In this document: positions 31,725-41,355 of the stretch, piece after piece
How positions within the stretch are numbered: position 1 is the first letter of the stretch
Layout of the letters: each line of letters starts with the position of its first letter
Translations under genes and position numbers: made by a program
Assembly (NCBI GenBank): GCA_963692865.2
Contig: OY843592.1
Span: forward strand, 2,912,001-2,976,000
DNA length: 64,000 nucleotides
Direction: 5' to 3'
From: a bacterium
GTDB taxonomy: Bacteria; UBA8248
The notes under the pieces: generated by a model
Database searches by the model: none
The model's input: the letters and a program-made list of their open reading frames with translations, nothing else
Told to the model about the DNA's origin: nothing

Positions 31725-32951
31725 TTAATTCAAATACTTTTTGGTGATGATGAAATCTCTGAGCACGTTGGAAGAATCCCTGGGCAACGCGATCTGCGAA
31801 CCGTTCAGGGATATCTGGGTGCCCGCCACGTTTCCCACGGTAAGGCTGAATTTTTCCGACGCTTCCCAGTTTCTCTCCTTGCCCGCCGACAAAAGGAGTT
31901 CTTCCTTGTTTTTCGCATCGATCACGATTCGCAGCCAAGTGTCTTCCGTCGCAAAAACCTTGAGCGTCAGCGGCGGCGCTCCCGGCTCCGACCGGGCAGG
32001 AGCCGCCGCGGTCTGCCGCCCTTGCGGCGTGGCTTGATCGTTCGATGCCCCCTCCCGGACGACTTGGTTTGCGACCGGAGCGCTCGCTTGCGCCGAAGGG
32101 TTCGACGAGGCCGGCGGATTCTCCGGAGGCGAGGGTTCCCCTTGGGCAACGGGAGTCTCCCGGAGCGGAGCGCGCGCCTGCGCGGCGGAGCCGTCTTGGG
32201 CCCGGGCGGCGGGACTCCCCTGAGCCGGAGGGGTCGCCGCAGCCCCAGGAGTCTCCGGGGCGGGGGCGCCGGCTTGAACGGGCGGCTTCTTCTCCTGGCC
32301 GGACTCTTCGGAAACCGGAGGCTCCCTCGAATTCACGGTCGAGACGGGAGGGCGGCCTTGCTCGGGAACCTTCTCCTCGACGCCGCCTACCCGGCCTTCT
32401 CCACCTTCGTTTTTCGCTTTCCCGCTCATGCCGTTAAGCCGAGGGAGCTTATCCGCCACGGGCGCGACCGCCGTCTTGATCCTGCCGACAATCGAGCCGA
32501 CCGGAACAAGCTGCTCCGTTCTTCCCTTCATGAACCAGAGAAGTCCGCCGCCGGCGAGAAGAAAAATCAATACGAAAACAAAGGTCGCGACGGATGAGAA
32601 CCGATTCGTCCGAAGAGACGGGGAGAACGAGGAGGTGGTCTCGGGAGCGAATCCAAACTCTTCCGACGGGGCGTCGTCCGCAATTTCGCGTTTATAGCTC
32701 TCGGCGACGGCCCGGCTGTCCACGCCGACCGCATCCGCAAAGGCGCGAATGAAACCCAAACCGACCGGCCCCGTCGGCAATCTATCGAAATCACCGCTTT
32801 CGATATTTTCCAGATAGTATGTTCGGATTCGCGTGTGTTCGGAGATCGAACGCAGGGTTACGTCTTTTTTCTCTCTCGCGCGCCGCAAGAAAGCGCCCAG
32901 ACCCTCTTTTTCTATCTGCGCCATCAGTGTCGGGTCGAGATCTGTCATCAT
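31725..32951 (-). CDS. rodZ: RodZ-like HTH membrane protein (DUF4115)
   Basis: N-terminal HTH (LRRAREKK...YLENIE), TM helix, Pro/Ala-rich linker, TWLRIVID...VGNVAG C-terminus. Confidence 0.8.
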   Translation of the reverse strand: MMTDLDPTLMAQIEKEGLGAFLRRAREKKDVTLRSISEHTRIRTYYLENIESGDFDRLPTGPVGLGFIRAFADAVGVDSRAVAESYKREIADDAPSEEFGFAPETTSSFSPSLRTNRFSSVATFVFVLIFLLAGGGLLWFMKGRTEQLVPVGSIVGRIKTAVAPVADKLPRLNGMSGKAKNEGGEGRVGGVEEKVPEQGRPPVSTVNSREPPVSEESGQEKKPPVQAGAPAPETPGAAATPPAQGSPAARAQDGSAAQARAPLRETPVAQGEPSPPENPPASSNPSAQASAPVANQVVREGASNDQATPQGRQTAAAPARSEPGAPPLTLKVFATEDTWLRIVIDAKNKEELLLSAGKERNWEASEKFSLTVGNVAGTQISLNGSQIALPRDSSNVLRDFIITKKYLN

Positions 32952-33095
32952 GCGCCCCATTTCGCCAAAATTCAACAAAACGACCCGAAATATGGCAATC
33001 GAGTCTATTCACAATCGGTTCGAAAGTCAATGTTGGAAAATGGGGAAAGCCTTCCCGCACCCGCTCGAAGCCCGTCAACGACGAATCGAGCGGCG

Positions 33096-33965
33096 TTACG
33101 AAACAATGGAAAGAATCGCGGGCGTTACGTGGCAGATATTCGGATTCGCGGCGGCGGTGAACAGGGTGTCCCCGCCTCTGCCGTAGAGCAAAATGGGAAC
33201 GGAGTTCGTCGTGTGCGCGGACGTTTCCATGTCCTCCACGTTGCCGTGGTCGCTGCTCAGAATGAACGTATCCCCGGACGGGTCGATATGCCGGAGCGCG
33301 GCCCGCAGAAACCGGTTCAAATCCGCCAGAACCTCGAAGGCATCCTCCGCTGTTCCGCGATGTCCGACGTGATCGGTCTGGAAAAACTCATAGACCAGCA
33401 GGTCCTTCGCGCGCGCCAGCCTGCCGAGGCGGTCGCCCGCCTCCTCGGGGTCGAGCCTGGCCACGTCATGGCCCTGCTCGGCGATGATCGCGTTCGTGTA
33501 GTCGCGGTAAACGGCCCTGCCCGCGACGAGGTCTTCGAGGCGGTTCAGGCGAAGGCCCGCGCTTTCGGCCATCACCGTGGTCACCGAGCGGATGCGGTTC
33601 CTGCCGCGCATGAAAAAACGAGGCGTATACGTGTTGGCGAATCCGACGGCGGCGCCCTTCTCGCGGGCGCGCCTCAAGAGCCCGTTTCGAGAGATGATGC
33701 GGCGCAACTGCGTATTCGGCAGGGCCTGGACGTGCCTGCCCACCGCCTTGGGCGCGTTCACCCCCGTGAACAGGGCGGTTCCGCCCGTCGCGCTCTGGGG
33801 GACGCCCTCGACGCCGAGGCGGGCATCCGCCTCGATGAGGCGGAAACCGGGCGCCTCGTTTCCGCAAATAAGCCCCAGCGGAGGCTCCAGGACGCGGGAG
33901 AGCGGATTGCCCGGCCCCGGCGGAGCGACGCCCAGGCCGTCCACGAACACGAAAAGAACGGACAT
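33096..33965 (-). CDS. Alkaline-phosphatase-superfamily metalloenzyme (phosphoglycerate mutase/phosphopentomutase-like)
   Basis: FVDGLG, PQSATG, TDHVGH, SDHGNVED..HTTNSVP. Confidence 0.82.
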   Translation of the reverse strand: MSVLFVFVDGLGVAPPGPGNPLSRVLEPPLGLICGNEAPGFRLIEADARLGVEGVPQSATGGTALFTGVNAPKAVGRHVQALPNTQLRRIISRNGLLRRAREKGAAVGFANTYTPRFFMRGRNRIRSVTTVMAESAGLRLNRLEDLVAGRAVYRDYTNAIIAEQGHDVARLDPEEAGDRLGRLARAKDLLVYEFFQTDHVGHRGTAEDAFEVLADLNRFLRAALRHIDPSGDTFILSSDHGNVEDMETSAHTTNSVPILLYGRGGDTLFTAAANPNICHVTPAILSIVS

Positions 33966-33966
33966 G

Positions 33967-34986
33967 CTACAGCGTTCTTCCGACGGCCTCTGCGAATGCC
34001 TTGAGCTCCTCGACGAGGGCGGCGAACTTCTGCGGTTTGAGCGACTGGGGGCCGTCGCTCATCGCCTTTTCGGGTTCGGGGTGCATCTCGAGCATCAGGC
34101 CGTCCGCCCCGACCGCCACGGCCGCCTTCGCCAGCGGCGCGACCAACCGCCAGGCGCCCGCCGCGTGGCTCGGGTCCACCACGACCGGCAGATGCGTCTG
34201 CTCCTTGAGCACGGGCACGGCGCTGATGTCCAGCGTGTTGCGCGTGGCCGTCTCGAAGGTGCGTATCCCCCGCTCGCACAGCACGACGTTCGGGTTCCCC
34301 TGGCTCATGATGTATTCGGCCGACATCAGAAACTCTTCTATGGTCGTGGACATGCCGCGCTTCAGGAAGATGGTCTTGTTCGTCTTGCCGACTTTTTTGA
34401 GCAACGAGAAGTTCTGCACGTTGCGCGCGCCGATTTGCAGCACGTCCGCGTACTCGCAGCACACGCCGATGTCTTCGGAGTCCATGACTTCCGTCTGGAT
34501 GGGGAGCCCCGTCCTTTCGCGCGCCTCGGCGAGGAGCGCCAGGCCTTCTTCCGCCATCCCCTGGAAGCTGTACGGCGAAGTGCGCGGCTTGTACGCGCCG
34601 CCCCTCAGGACGTGGCCGCCGCCCGCCTTCACCGCATCTGCGGATTCCATGATCTGCTCCTTGCTCTCCACGGAGCACGGCCCGCCGATGACGATGATTT
34701 GCTCGCCGCCGATTTCCACTCCCTCGCCCATCGGCAACTGGCTGCGCTCGGGCCTTCCCTCCGCGCTCGCCAGCTTGAAGGGCTTGAGGATAGGCATCGC
34801 GCTTTCCACGCCGTTCAGGGAAACGAGCGACTCCAGCATGTATTTCCCCCGTTCGTCCCCGATGGCGCCGATCACGGTGCGCTCCACGCCTTTGATGACG
34901 TGCTCCTTGTAGCCGAGTTCGTTGATCCTGGCGATGGCGTTCCCAATCTCGTCATCCGTCGCGCCCTGTTTCATCACGATAATCAA
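33967..34986 (-). CDS. aroF: DAHP synthase type I-beta with N-terminal ACT domain
   Basis: [43 protein letters not shown]. Confidence 0.95.
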   Translation of the reverse strand: MIIVMKQGATDDEIGNAIARINELGYKEHVIKGVERTVIGAIGDERGKYMLESLVSLNGVESAMPILKPFKLASAEGRPERSQLPMGEGVEIGGEQIIVIGGPCSVESKEQIMESADAVKAGGGHVLRGGAYKPRTSPYSFQGMAEEGLALLAEARERTGLPIQTEVMDSEDIGVCCEYADVLQIGARNVQNFSLLKKVGKTNKTIFLKRGMSTTIEEFLMSAEYIMSQGNPNVVLCERGIRTFETATRNTLDISAVPVLKEQTHLPVVVDPSHAAGAWRLVAPLAKAAVAVGADGLMLEMHPEPEKAMSDGPQSLKPQKFAALVEELKAFAEAVGRTL

Positions 34987-35030
34987 AACGAATCTCCTTT
35001 TTCCTTCCCTGAATTTTCAGCGTAATCCTC

Positions 35031-35062
35031 AAAAAAAACCGCCGTGAGGCTCTCCCACGGCG
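35031..35062 (-). terminator. Intrinsic terminator in aroF leader
   Basis: CGCCGUGGG-AGAGC-CUCACGGCG stem followed by G-U8, ~45 nt before the aroF start. Confidence 0.8.
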
Positions 35063-35117
35063 AGTGTTTCCCTATCGTCCGTGGCGACCGGGCCGTCCGC
35101 CCGCCCGCCGTTCGTTT

Positions 35118-35195
35118 TCACATGACGGCGCGCGGACGGACGGTGATAAAGCCGAAAAAGCAATATCCCTCGCCACATTTCTGGAACGTCCGCAT
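35118..35195 (-). CDS. Putative aromatic leader peptide MRTFQKCGEGYCFFGFITVRPRAVM
   Basis: 25 codons with 4 Phe and 1 Tyr (YCFFGF cluster), upstream of the terminator and aroF. Confidence 0.6.
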   Translation of the reverse strand: MRTFQKCGEGYCFFGFITVRPRAVM

Positions 35196-35302
35196 CTTGC
35201 TCGCCTTTGAAATTGCGAAAGTTTTAACGCCCTGAAAAACAAGGCCGTAAAATAGTCCTGGAAAAACGGGTAGTCAACCCCCGTCGGCGAAAACTTTTCG
35301 GA

Positions 35303-36469
35303 TTATCTCGGCTTCCGCGCCACCTCGGCGAGCCTGCGCCGTCCCGCCCCCGAGGGTCTCAGCAGCCTGCCTCCCAGAACCACGTGCGTCGCCTCGAGCA
35401 TTTGGTCCCCCTTGCGCCGCGCCCCCATGGAATCCTCGAAAACGAACCGGCCCTCGCGCATCCGGAACACGGCGGCGTCGCCCCGCGCGCCTTTTTTGAG
35501 CGTCCCCACCTCGCCCCCCAGGCCAATCCACTCCGCCGCCGTCTGCGTGCTGAGGCGCACTACTTCAGCAAGAGGGAAGCCCAGGGCCAGGAACTTGCTC
35601 ATGAGGCTGGGGAAATCATAAACCGGCCCGTGGATGCAGTGCGTGTGGAGGTCGGTGCTCAGGTTCCCCGGCATCAGCCCTTGCGCCATGGCGCGCTCCA
35701 TGATCTCGAAGCTGAAGCTCGAACGCCCGTGGGCCACGTCGAGCAGCACGCCCGAATCCCGCGCCTCCCACACCGCGCGGCGCACCCGGCCCCGCGTGTC
35801 GAGTATGTTCTCCCGCCTGCAGTGAAAGGCGTGCGTGAGCACGTCGCCCGGGCGAAGGCGCTTCAGGATGCTCGGTAAGGAAGAAGGCGTATCGCCTACG
35901 TGCGCCATGAGAGGGACTTTCAGGAACTCCGCCGCCTCGAGCGCCGCGTCCAGGGGCTTGGAGCCGCTGCGCTCCACCACGTTCTTGCTCAGGCGCACCT
36001 TCATGCCGATCAGGTATTTCCGGTGCGCCTCGTAGCACGCCACCGCCCTGTCCACGCGCAGCGCGCGCATGTCGATGTTCTCGCCGAGGCCGTCTATCAG
36101 GAGTCCGCCTTCGGAGATGTTGAGATACGCGCGCACCGTCGGGCGCGCCTTCTCCAGGAACCACTCCTGAAAACCGGGATACGTCTGCGCCCCCGCGCTG
36201 CCGGTATCCACCGCCGTCGTCACGCCGCGCGAGAGCATGGCGGCGTCCAGGTTCACGCCGTAGTGCGTTACGCCCTCGTAAAAATGGCAGTGGAGGTCGA
36301 CCAGGCCGGGCGTTACGATCTTCCCCCGCGCGTTGAGCGTCTGCCTGCCCTTCGGTTCGATATGGGGCGCCACCCTTCGTACGCGGCCGCGCGCTATCTC
36401 GACGTCCATCGTTCCCTCCAGATTCTGGGACGGGTCGATCACGTATCCGCCGCGTATGACGAGGTCCAT
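35303..36469 (-). CDS. Amidohydrolase/deacetylase family metallohydrolase (dihydroorotase-like)
   Basis: DLHCH, GVTTAVDTGSAG, GMKVRLS, LTHAFH, DVAHG, STDLH. Confidence 0.85.
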   Translation of the reverse strand: MDLVIRGGYVIDPSQNLEGTMDVEIARGRVRRVAPHIEPKGRQTLNARGKIVTPGLVDLHCHFYEGVTHYGVNLDAAMLSRGVTTAVDTGSAGAQTYPGFQEWFLEKARPTVRAYLNISEGGLLIDGLGENIDMRALRVDRAVACYEAHRKYLIGMKVRLSKNVVERSGSKPLDAALEAAEFLKVPLMAHVGDTPSSLPSILKRLRPGDVLTHAFHCRRENILDTRGRVRRAVWEARDSGVLLDVAHGRSSFSFEIMERAMAQGLMPGNLSTDLHTHCIHGPVYDFPSLMSKFLALGFPLAEVVRLSTQTAAEWIGLGGEVGTLKKGARGDAAVFRMREGRFVFEDSMGARRKGDQMLEATHVVLGGRLLRPSGAGRRRLAEVARKPR

Positions 36470-36649
36470 GCGGAAAACTCCTCAGAGAAACGGAGCGCAT
36501 GCCGAGAGGTTCGGCGCACGCCGGAGCAAAAAAGTTAACTCGGGGCATTATTCCCCCCGAAAGCGTTGACATGCAATCACTGCGGAGTGGATTATGAAAC
36601 CCTGGAATTTGGCGCTTTCTCAAAATAATCAAACCACCGGAGCCAAGAA

Positions 36650-37822
36650 ATGAGCCTGCAAACGGAAACCACGCTGCAATTCGACCTCGACGAAACCCAG
36701 AAGATGCTCCGCCGGACGGTGCGCGAACTCTCGGAGCGCTACATCGCCCCGCGCGCCGCCGAGATCGACGAGAACGAGGAATACCCCGAGGACATCTTCC
36801 AGCTCCAGAAAGAATACGGCCTGCTCGGCATCTTCTTCCCCGAGGAATACGGGGGCGGCGGCATGGGTTTTCTGGGCGGCTGCGTCGCCATCGAGGAAAT
36901 AGCCCGCGTCTGCTCGAACTCCCCGCTGTTCATCGTGCTCAACATGCTATCGAGCCGCGTCATCGACCTGAGCGGCACGCAGGAGCAGAAAGACCACTAC
37001 ATGACGGGCCTCGCGAAAGGAGACCTCAGAGGCTCCTACGCCCTCACCGAACCCCACGCGGGTTCAGACGCCGGCAACATCCGCACCCGCGCCGTCAAGG
37101 AGGGCGACGAGTGGGTGCTCAACGGCACCAAGTGCTTCTGCACGGGGCCGGACAAGGCGGATTTCATCACCGTCGCCGCCAAGACCGACCCGCACGCGGG
37201 AACGCGCGGCATCACCTACTACATCGTGCCCACCGACGCGCCGGGCTTCAGCATCGCCAAGCACGAGCGCAAGATGGGGATGCGCGGCATCGCGACCTGC
37301 ATGCTCAACCTCGACAACGTGGCCGTCCCGCTCGAGAACCAGGTGGGCGAGCTCAACGCGGGCTTCAAGACCGCGATGATCGGCTTCAACCAGATGCGGC
37401 CCGCCATCGGCTCGCGCGCGGTGGGCCTGGCCCAGGGATGCCTCGACTACGCGGCAAACTACGCCAAGGAGCGCGAGGCGTTCGGGAAGCCCATCGCCCA
37501 GCACCAGGCCGTGCAGTTCATGCTCGCCGACATGTTCATGGACATCGAGGCGGCGCGGCTGCTCGTCTACCGCGCGGCCGCCATGGTGGACGCAGGGAAA
37601 ATCGGCAAGGAGAACGCCAGGTATTTCTCCACGGCCAAGACCTACGCGGCCGACATGGCGATGAAGTGCGCGATAGACAGCATCCAGGTGCTCGGCGGCG
37701 CGGGCTACATGAAGGACCACCCGCTCGAGCGCTTCATGCGCGACGCCAAGCAAATCCAGATCGTCGAGGGAACGAGCCAGATACAGCGGATGATCATCGC
37801 CCGGAACCTGCTCGACCTATAG
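36650..37822 (+). CDS. Acyl-CoA dehydrogenase
   Basis: ALTEPHAGSD, LNGTK, REAFGKPI, GGAGY, IVEGTSQIQR. Confidence 0.93.
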   Translation: MSLQTETTLQFDLDETQKMLRRTVRELSERYIAPRAAEIDENEEYPEDIFQLQKEYGLLGIFFPEEYGGGGMGFLGGCVAIEEIARVCSNSPLFIVLNMLSSRVIDLSGTQEQKDHYMTGLAKGDLRGSYALTEPHAGSDAGNIRTRAVKEGDEWVLNGTKCFCTGPDKADFITVAAKTDPHAGTRGITYYIVPTDAPGFSIAKHERKMGMRGIATCMLNLDNVAVPLENQVGELNAGFKTAMIGFNQMRPAIGSRAVGLAQGCLDYAANYAKEREAFGKPIAQHQAVQFMLADMFMDIEAARLLVYRAAAMVDAGKIGKENARYFSTAKTYAADMAMKCAIDSIQVLGGAGYMKDHPLERFMRDAKQIQIVEGTSQIQRMIIARNLLDL

Positions 37823-37834
37823 GAGCGAGCCGAG

Positions 37835-39001
37835 GTGACGGGAAGTCCGGATTCCGGGGGCGCGTTCGAACTCAAACCGGCCCAGCGGATGCTGGCCGAG
37901 ACGGTGTATGAACTGAGCCGCCGCCACGTCGCGCCGCGCGCCGCCGAGATCGACGAGAACGACGAATACCCCGAAGATATTTTCGAACTCCTGAAATCCC
38001 ACGACCTGCTAGGCCTCTACGTTTCCGAAGCCTACGGCGGGGCGGGCCTCGGCATTCTGGAAACGTGCGTCGCCATCGAGCAGATGGCGCGTTTTTGCTC
38101 GAACTCCCCTCTTTTCTTCTCCGTCCACCTGCTCGCCACGCGGCCCGTCGCCATCGGCGGAAGCGAGGAGCAGAAGCGGACCTACCTCACCGGCGTCGCT
38201 CGGGGCGAGTTGCGGCCCGCCTTCTCGCTCACCGAACCGCACGCGGGTTCCGACGCCGCGAGCATATCGACGAGGGCGGTCCGGGACGGGGATTCGTGGG
38301 TCATCAACGGCCAGAAGTGCTATTGCACGGGGTCGAGCGTGGCGGACTTCATCACCGTGGCGGCGAAGACCGAACCCGGGATGGGAGCGAGGGGGATATC
38401 GTTTTTCATCGTCCCCAGGGGCGAGTTCCGCGTGGGGCGGCACGAGCGCAAGATGGGGATGCGGGGCATCCCGACGTGCGAGGTTTTTCTCGAAAACGCG
38501 CGCGTTCCCCTTGAAAACATGATCGGCGAACAAGGCCTGGGCTTCAAGACCGCCATGCTCGGCTTCAACCAGGCGCGGCCCGCCATCGGCGCGCGGGGCG
38601 TGGGTCTGGCGCAGGGGTGTCTCGATTGCGCCGGAAACTACGCAAAAGAGCGCGAAGCCTTCGGAAAACCCATCGCGCAGCATCAGGCGGTGCAGTTCAT
38701 GCTCGCCGACATGTTCATGGAAACGGAAGCGGCCCGTATGCTCGTTTACCGCGCCGCCTCGATGGTGGATAATGGCCGCTACCAAAAAGAAGACGTGCAT
38801 TTCATCTGCGCCGCGAAATGCTACGCCACCGACGCCGCCATGAAGACCGCCGTAGACGGCGTTCAGGTGCTCGGCGGCGCGGGCTATATGAAAGACCATC
38901 CGCTCGAGCGTTTCATGAGAGACGCCAAGCAACTGCAGATTATCGAGGGTACCAACCAGATACAGCGCATGGTCATCGCCCAGAATTTATTGAGTCTATA
39001 G
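37835..39001 (+). CDS. Acyl-CoA dehydrogenase (tandem paralog)
   Basis: SLTEPHAGSD, REAFGKPIAQHQAVQFMLADM, IIEGTNQIQR; highly similar to the upstream gene. Confidence 0.93.
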   Translation: MTGSPDSGGAFELKPAQRMLAETVYELSRRHVAPRAAEIDENDEYPEDIFELLKSHDLLGLYVSEAYGGAGLGILETCVAIEQMARFCSNSPLFFSVHLLATRPVAIGGSEEQKRTYLTGVARGELRPAFSLTEPHAGSDAASISTRAVRDGDSWVINGQKCYCTGSSVADFITVAAKTEPGMGARGISFFIVPRGEFRVGRHERKMGMRGIPTCEVFLENARVPLENMIGEQGLGFKTAMLGFNQARPAIGARGVGLAQGCLDCAGNYAKEREAFGKPIAQHQAVQFMLADMFMETEAARMLVYRAASMVDNGRYQKEDVHFICAAKCYATDAAMKTAVDGVQVLGGAGYMKDHPLERFMRDAKQLQIIEGTNQIQRMVIAQNLLSL

Positions 39002-39029
39002 TTCCAGTTCTTCACCACGGAGATTCGAG

Positions 39030-39638
39030 ATGAGCCAGATGATTGAAATCCTGCAGCCCACCTCCTTCATCCGCGCGGGCGACCACCCCCTCGCGGAGCG
39101 GCCCGAGGACATCGGGGGCCTCAGGGTCGGCTTCTTCCACAACAACAAGCCCAACGCCGACGTCCTGCTCGAACAGGTCGAGGAGCTTTTCGCGCGCGAA
39201 GACGAGACGCTGCGCGTCGTCCGCTGGGGAAAGCCGAACCCCACCCTCCCCGAAGACCGGATTGAGGAATTCATCGAACAGGTGGACGTGGCCGTCTGCG
39301 CGGTGGGCGACTGAGGGAGCTGCACGTCATGGAGTATCCATGACTCGGTGGTGATGGAGAAGGCGGGCGTCCCCACGGCCACGTTCTGCTCCAGCGAATT
39401 CTCGGCCCTGGGCGCGAACGAGAGAACCGCCCTGGGCATGCCCGGCCTCCCGATAGTCGTCGTGGCGCATCCGGTGGGCGGCATCGCGCCCGAACAAGCG
39501 CGCGCCCTGGGCGACGGCGCCGTGGAGGAGATTCGGCGAATCCTCACGAGCGACGCCGAATCGCTCAGGCGGGAATACCGCGAGCGCGAATACGTCCCGC
39601 CCCGCAAGACGGTGCGCCACAAGGCGCTCTTCGCTTAG
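39030..39638 (+). CDS. UGSC-family selenoprotein (Sec at TGA 39312-39314), 202 aa
   Basis: ORFs 39030-39314 and 39348-39638 are in the same frame; read-through gives CAVGD-U-GSCTSWSIHD, the UGSC (UxxC) motif; SECIS-like hairpin downstream. Confidence 0.88.
39326..39344 (+). promoter_or_regulatory. Bacterial SECIS element
   Basis: GUCAUGGA-GUA-UCCAUGAC perfect stem starting 12 nt after UGA; first loop base is G, 20 nt from UGA. Confidence 0.75.
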
Positions 39639-39650
39639 GCGGGCCAGACA

Positions 39651-40727
39651 GTGAACGATCACTCTCAGGAGAATATCGTGTTCGAGAGCGAGCGCGTGAA
39701 GGTGCGCGACACGCCCGAGGCGATGGCGCGTCTGCTCGAAGCAAGAGGCTGGGGCGACGGCCTGCCCGTCGTCCCCCCCACGCCCGAGCGCGTCGCCCGG
39801 ATGGTGGAGGGCGCGGGTCTCGCGCCCGATGCGGAGATCGGCCTCATGCCCCCTCGGCAGGGAGTCGTCACGGTCGAAGTCCTCGCCGTGAACGCCGTGA
39901 TGGCAGGCTGTCTTCCGGCATATATGCCCGTTCTCGCGGCAGCGGCCCGCGCGGTGCTCGAACCCGAGTTCTCGCTACACGCGATTCAGGCGACGACCCA
40001 CCCGGTGGCGCCCCTCATCATCGTGAACGGCCCCATCGTCGAAGATATCGGCTTGAACGCCGAGTATGGATGCTTCGCCCCCGGCAACCGCGCGAACGCG
40101 ACGATTGGCCGAGCGATGCGCCTGACGCTTCTGAACGTGGGCGGCGCGAGCCCCGGCGTTCTGGACCGCGCCACGCAAGGCTCACCCGCCAAATACGCGT
40201 ACTGCATCGCAGAGAACGAGGCGGCCTCGCCCTGGGAGCCGCTCCACGTCGAGCGCGGTTTCTCTCCCGGTGATAGCGCGGTGACGCTCGTGGGCTGCGA
40301 GGGTCCCCACAACATCAACGATCACGTGAGCCATACGGCGGAGGGAATACTCGCCACCGCCGCCGACACCATGGCCGTCATGGGGTGTAACAATTTCTAT
40401 CTGCGCGGCGAGCCCGTTCTCGCCCTCGGCCCCGAGCACGCGGCCACCATCGCGGGTGACGGCCTCACAAAGGCGGACGTGAAGCAGAGAATTTTCGAAC
40501 TCGCCCGAAAGCCCGTGCGGCAGTTAAAGCGCGGCGCCATGTGGGGGATGCAGACCTGGGGCGAGGAGATAGCCGAGCACGAAGACGACGATGATTTCGA
40601 GATTCCCCTTCTCGACGGGCCCGAGGACCTGCTCCTTATCGTCGCGGGCGGCGCGGGCAAGCACTCGTGCTGCATGCCCACCTTCGGTCCCACGCGCTCG
40701 GTGACCCGGAAGATCGACACCACCTGA
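39651..40727 (+). CDS. Conserved UGSC-partner protein of unknown function
   Basis: GWGDGLPVVPPTPERV, AVNAVMAGC, NRANATIGRA, ENEAASPW, AGGAGKHS; 12 nt after the selenoprotein. Confidence 0.75.
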   Translation: MNDHSQENIVFESERVKVRDTPEAMARLLEARGWGDGLPVVPPTPERVARMVEGAGLAPDAEIGLMPPRQGVVTVEVLAVNAVMAGCLPAYMPVLAAAARAVLEPEFSLHAIQATTHPVAPLIIVNGPIVEDIGLNAEYGCFAPGNRANATIGRAMRLTLLNVGGASPGVLDRATQGSPAKYAYCIAENEAASPWEPLHVERGFSPGDSAVTLVGCEGPHNINDHVSHTAEGILATAADTMAVMGCNNFYLRGEPVLALGPEHAATIAGDGLTKADVKQRIFELARKPVRQLKRGAMWGMQTWGEEIAEHEDDDDFEIPLLDGPEDLLLIVAGGAGKHSCCMPTFGPTRSVTRKIDTT

Positions 40728-40729
40728 TA

Positions 40730-41310
40730 AGGGATTGTTGAAAGACCCTGCCTGCAGAACCCTGAAGAAGATAGAAATTGCCGGTTCGCTCACTGCCTTG
40801 AATCGGGCGCTTTTCCCTCACCCCGAGCAGTAGCCTCCCGACTCGCCTCATCCTGAGTAGCGGCGAAGCCGCGTATCGAAGGTCAATCGCAACCAATGCG
40901 GGAGCGATTGCCTCTCGCCCGGCGCGAAGCGCTCGACTCCCCTCGTCCTTCGATACAAACGCTCCTTCATCGGGGCCGTTGAAAAAGCCTGTTCCGGGGT
41001 CGGGCGGACACACAGGTCCGCCCCTGCGTTTCGTTTCGCAGAGGTTGGCAGGTCAGACATATATGTCTGGTATATCATGCGACCCGTATTGTGAAGGCGA
41101 AAAGGCAGGGCCGCATGATATGCGGCCCCTACGGCGGGATACCGACCGGCCCGCAAGGGGTTTTTCAACAACCCCTTCTCAGTCGCGTTTGACCTTCGGC
41201 GGCTACTCAGGGTGAGGAGGGGTGGTTGCGCGCCAAGGCGGCAAACGCGTCGTCAATGCCAAGCGATGAAAGAGAAAATACCGCCGTCATTCCGGCATCA
41301 ATTCCGACCC
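40730..41310. repeat. Repeat nest
   Basis: CCTCATCCTGAGTAGCGGCGAAGCCGCGTATCGAAGG (~40846-40882) and inverted partial copy at ~41200-41218; TIR-like end at 40731; partial GTCATTCCGGC at ~41286. Confidence 0.7.
40972..41175. mobile_element. MITE (204 bp) carrying a REP doublet
   Basis: GGGGCCGTTGAAAAA...TTTTTCAACAACCCC; internal 41048-41132 closely matches 14512-14594. Confidence 0.7.
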
Positions 41311-41355
41311 ATGAGGAAGGGATGGTTATTTTGAAAACCGCTCTTTTTCGGAAGT

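Noticed and set aside
35303-36469. Second pyrC
   Set aside because: Motifs fit the deacetylase-like amidohydrolase group; the true pyrC is in the pyr operon.
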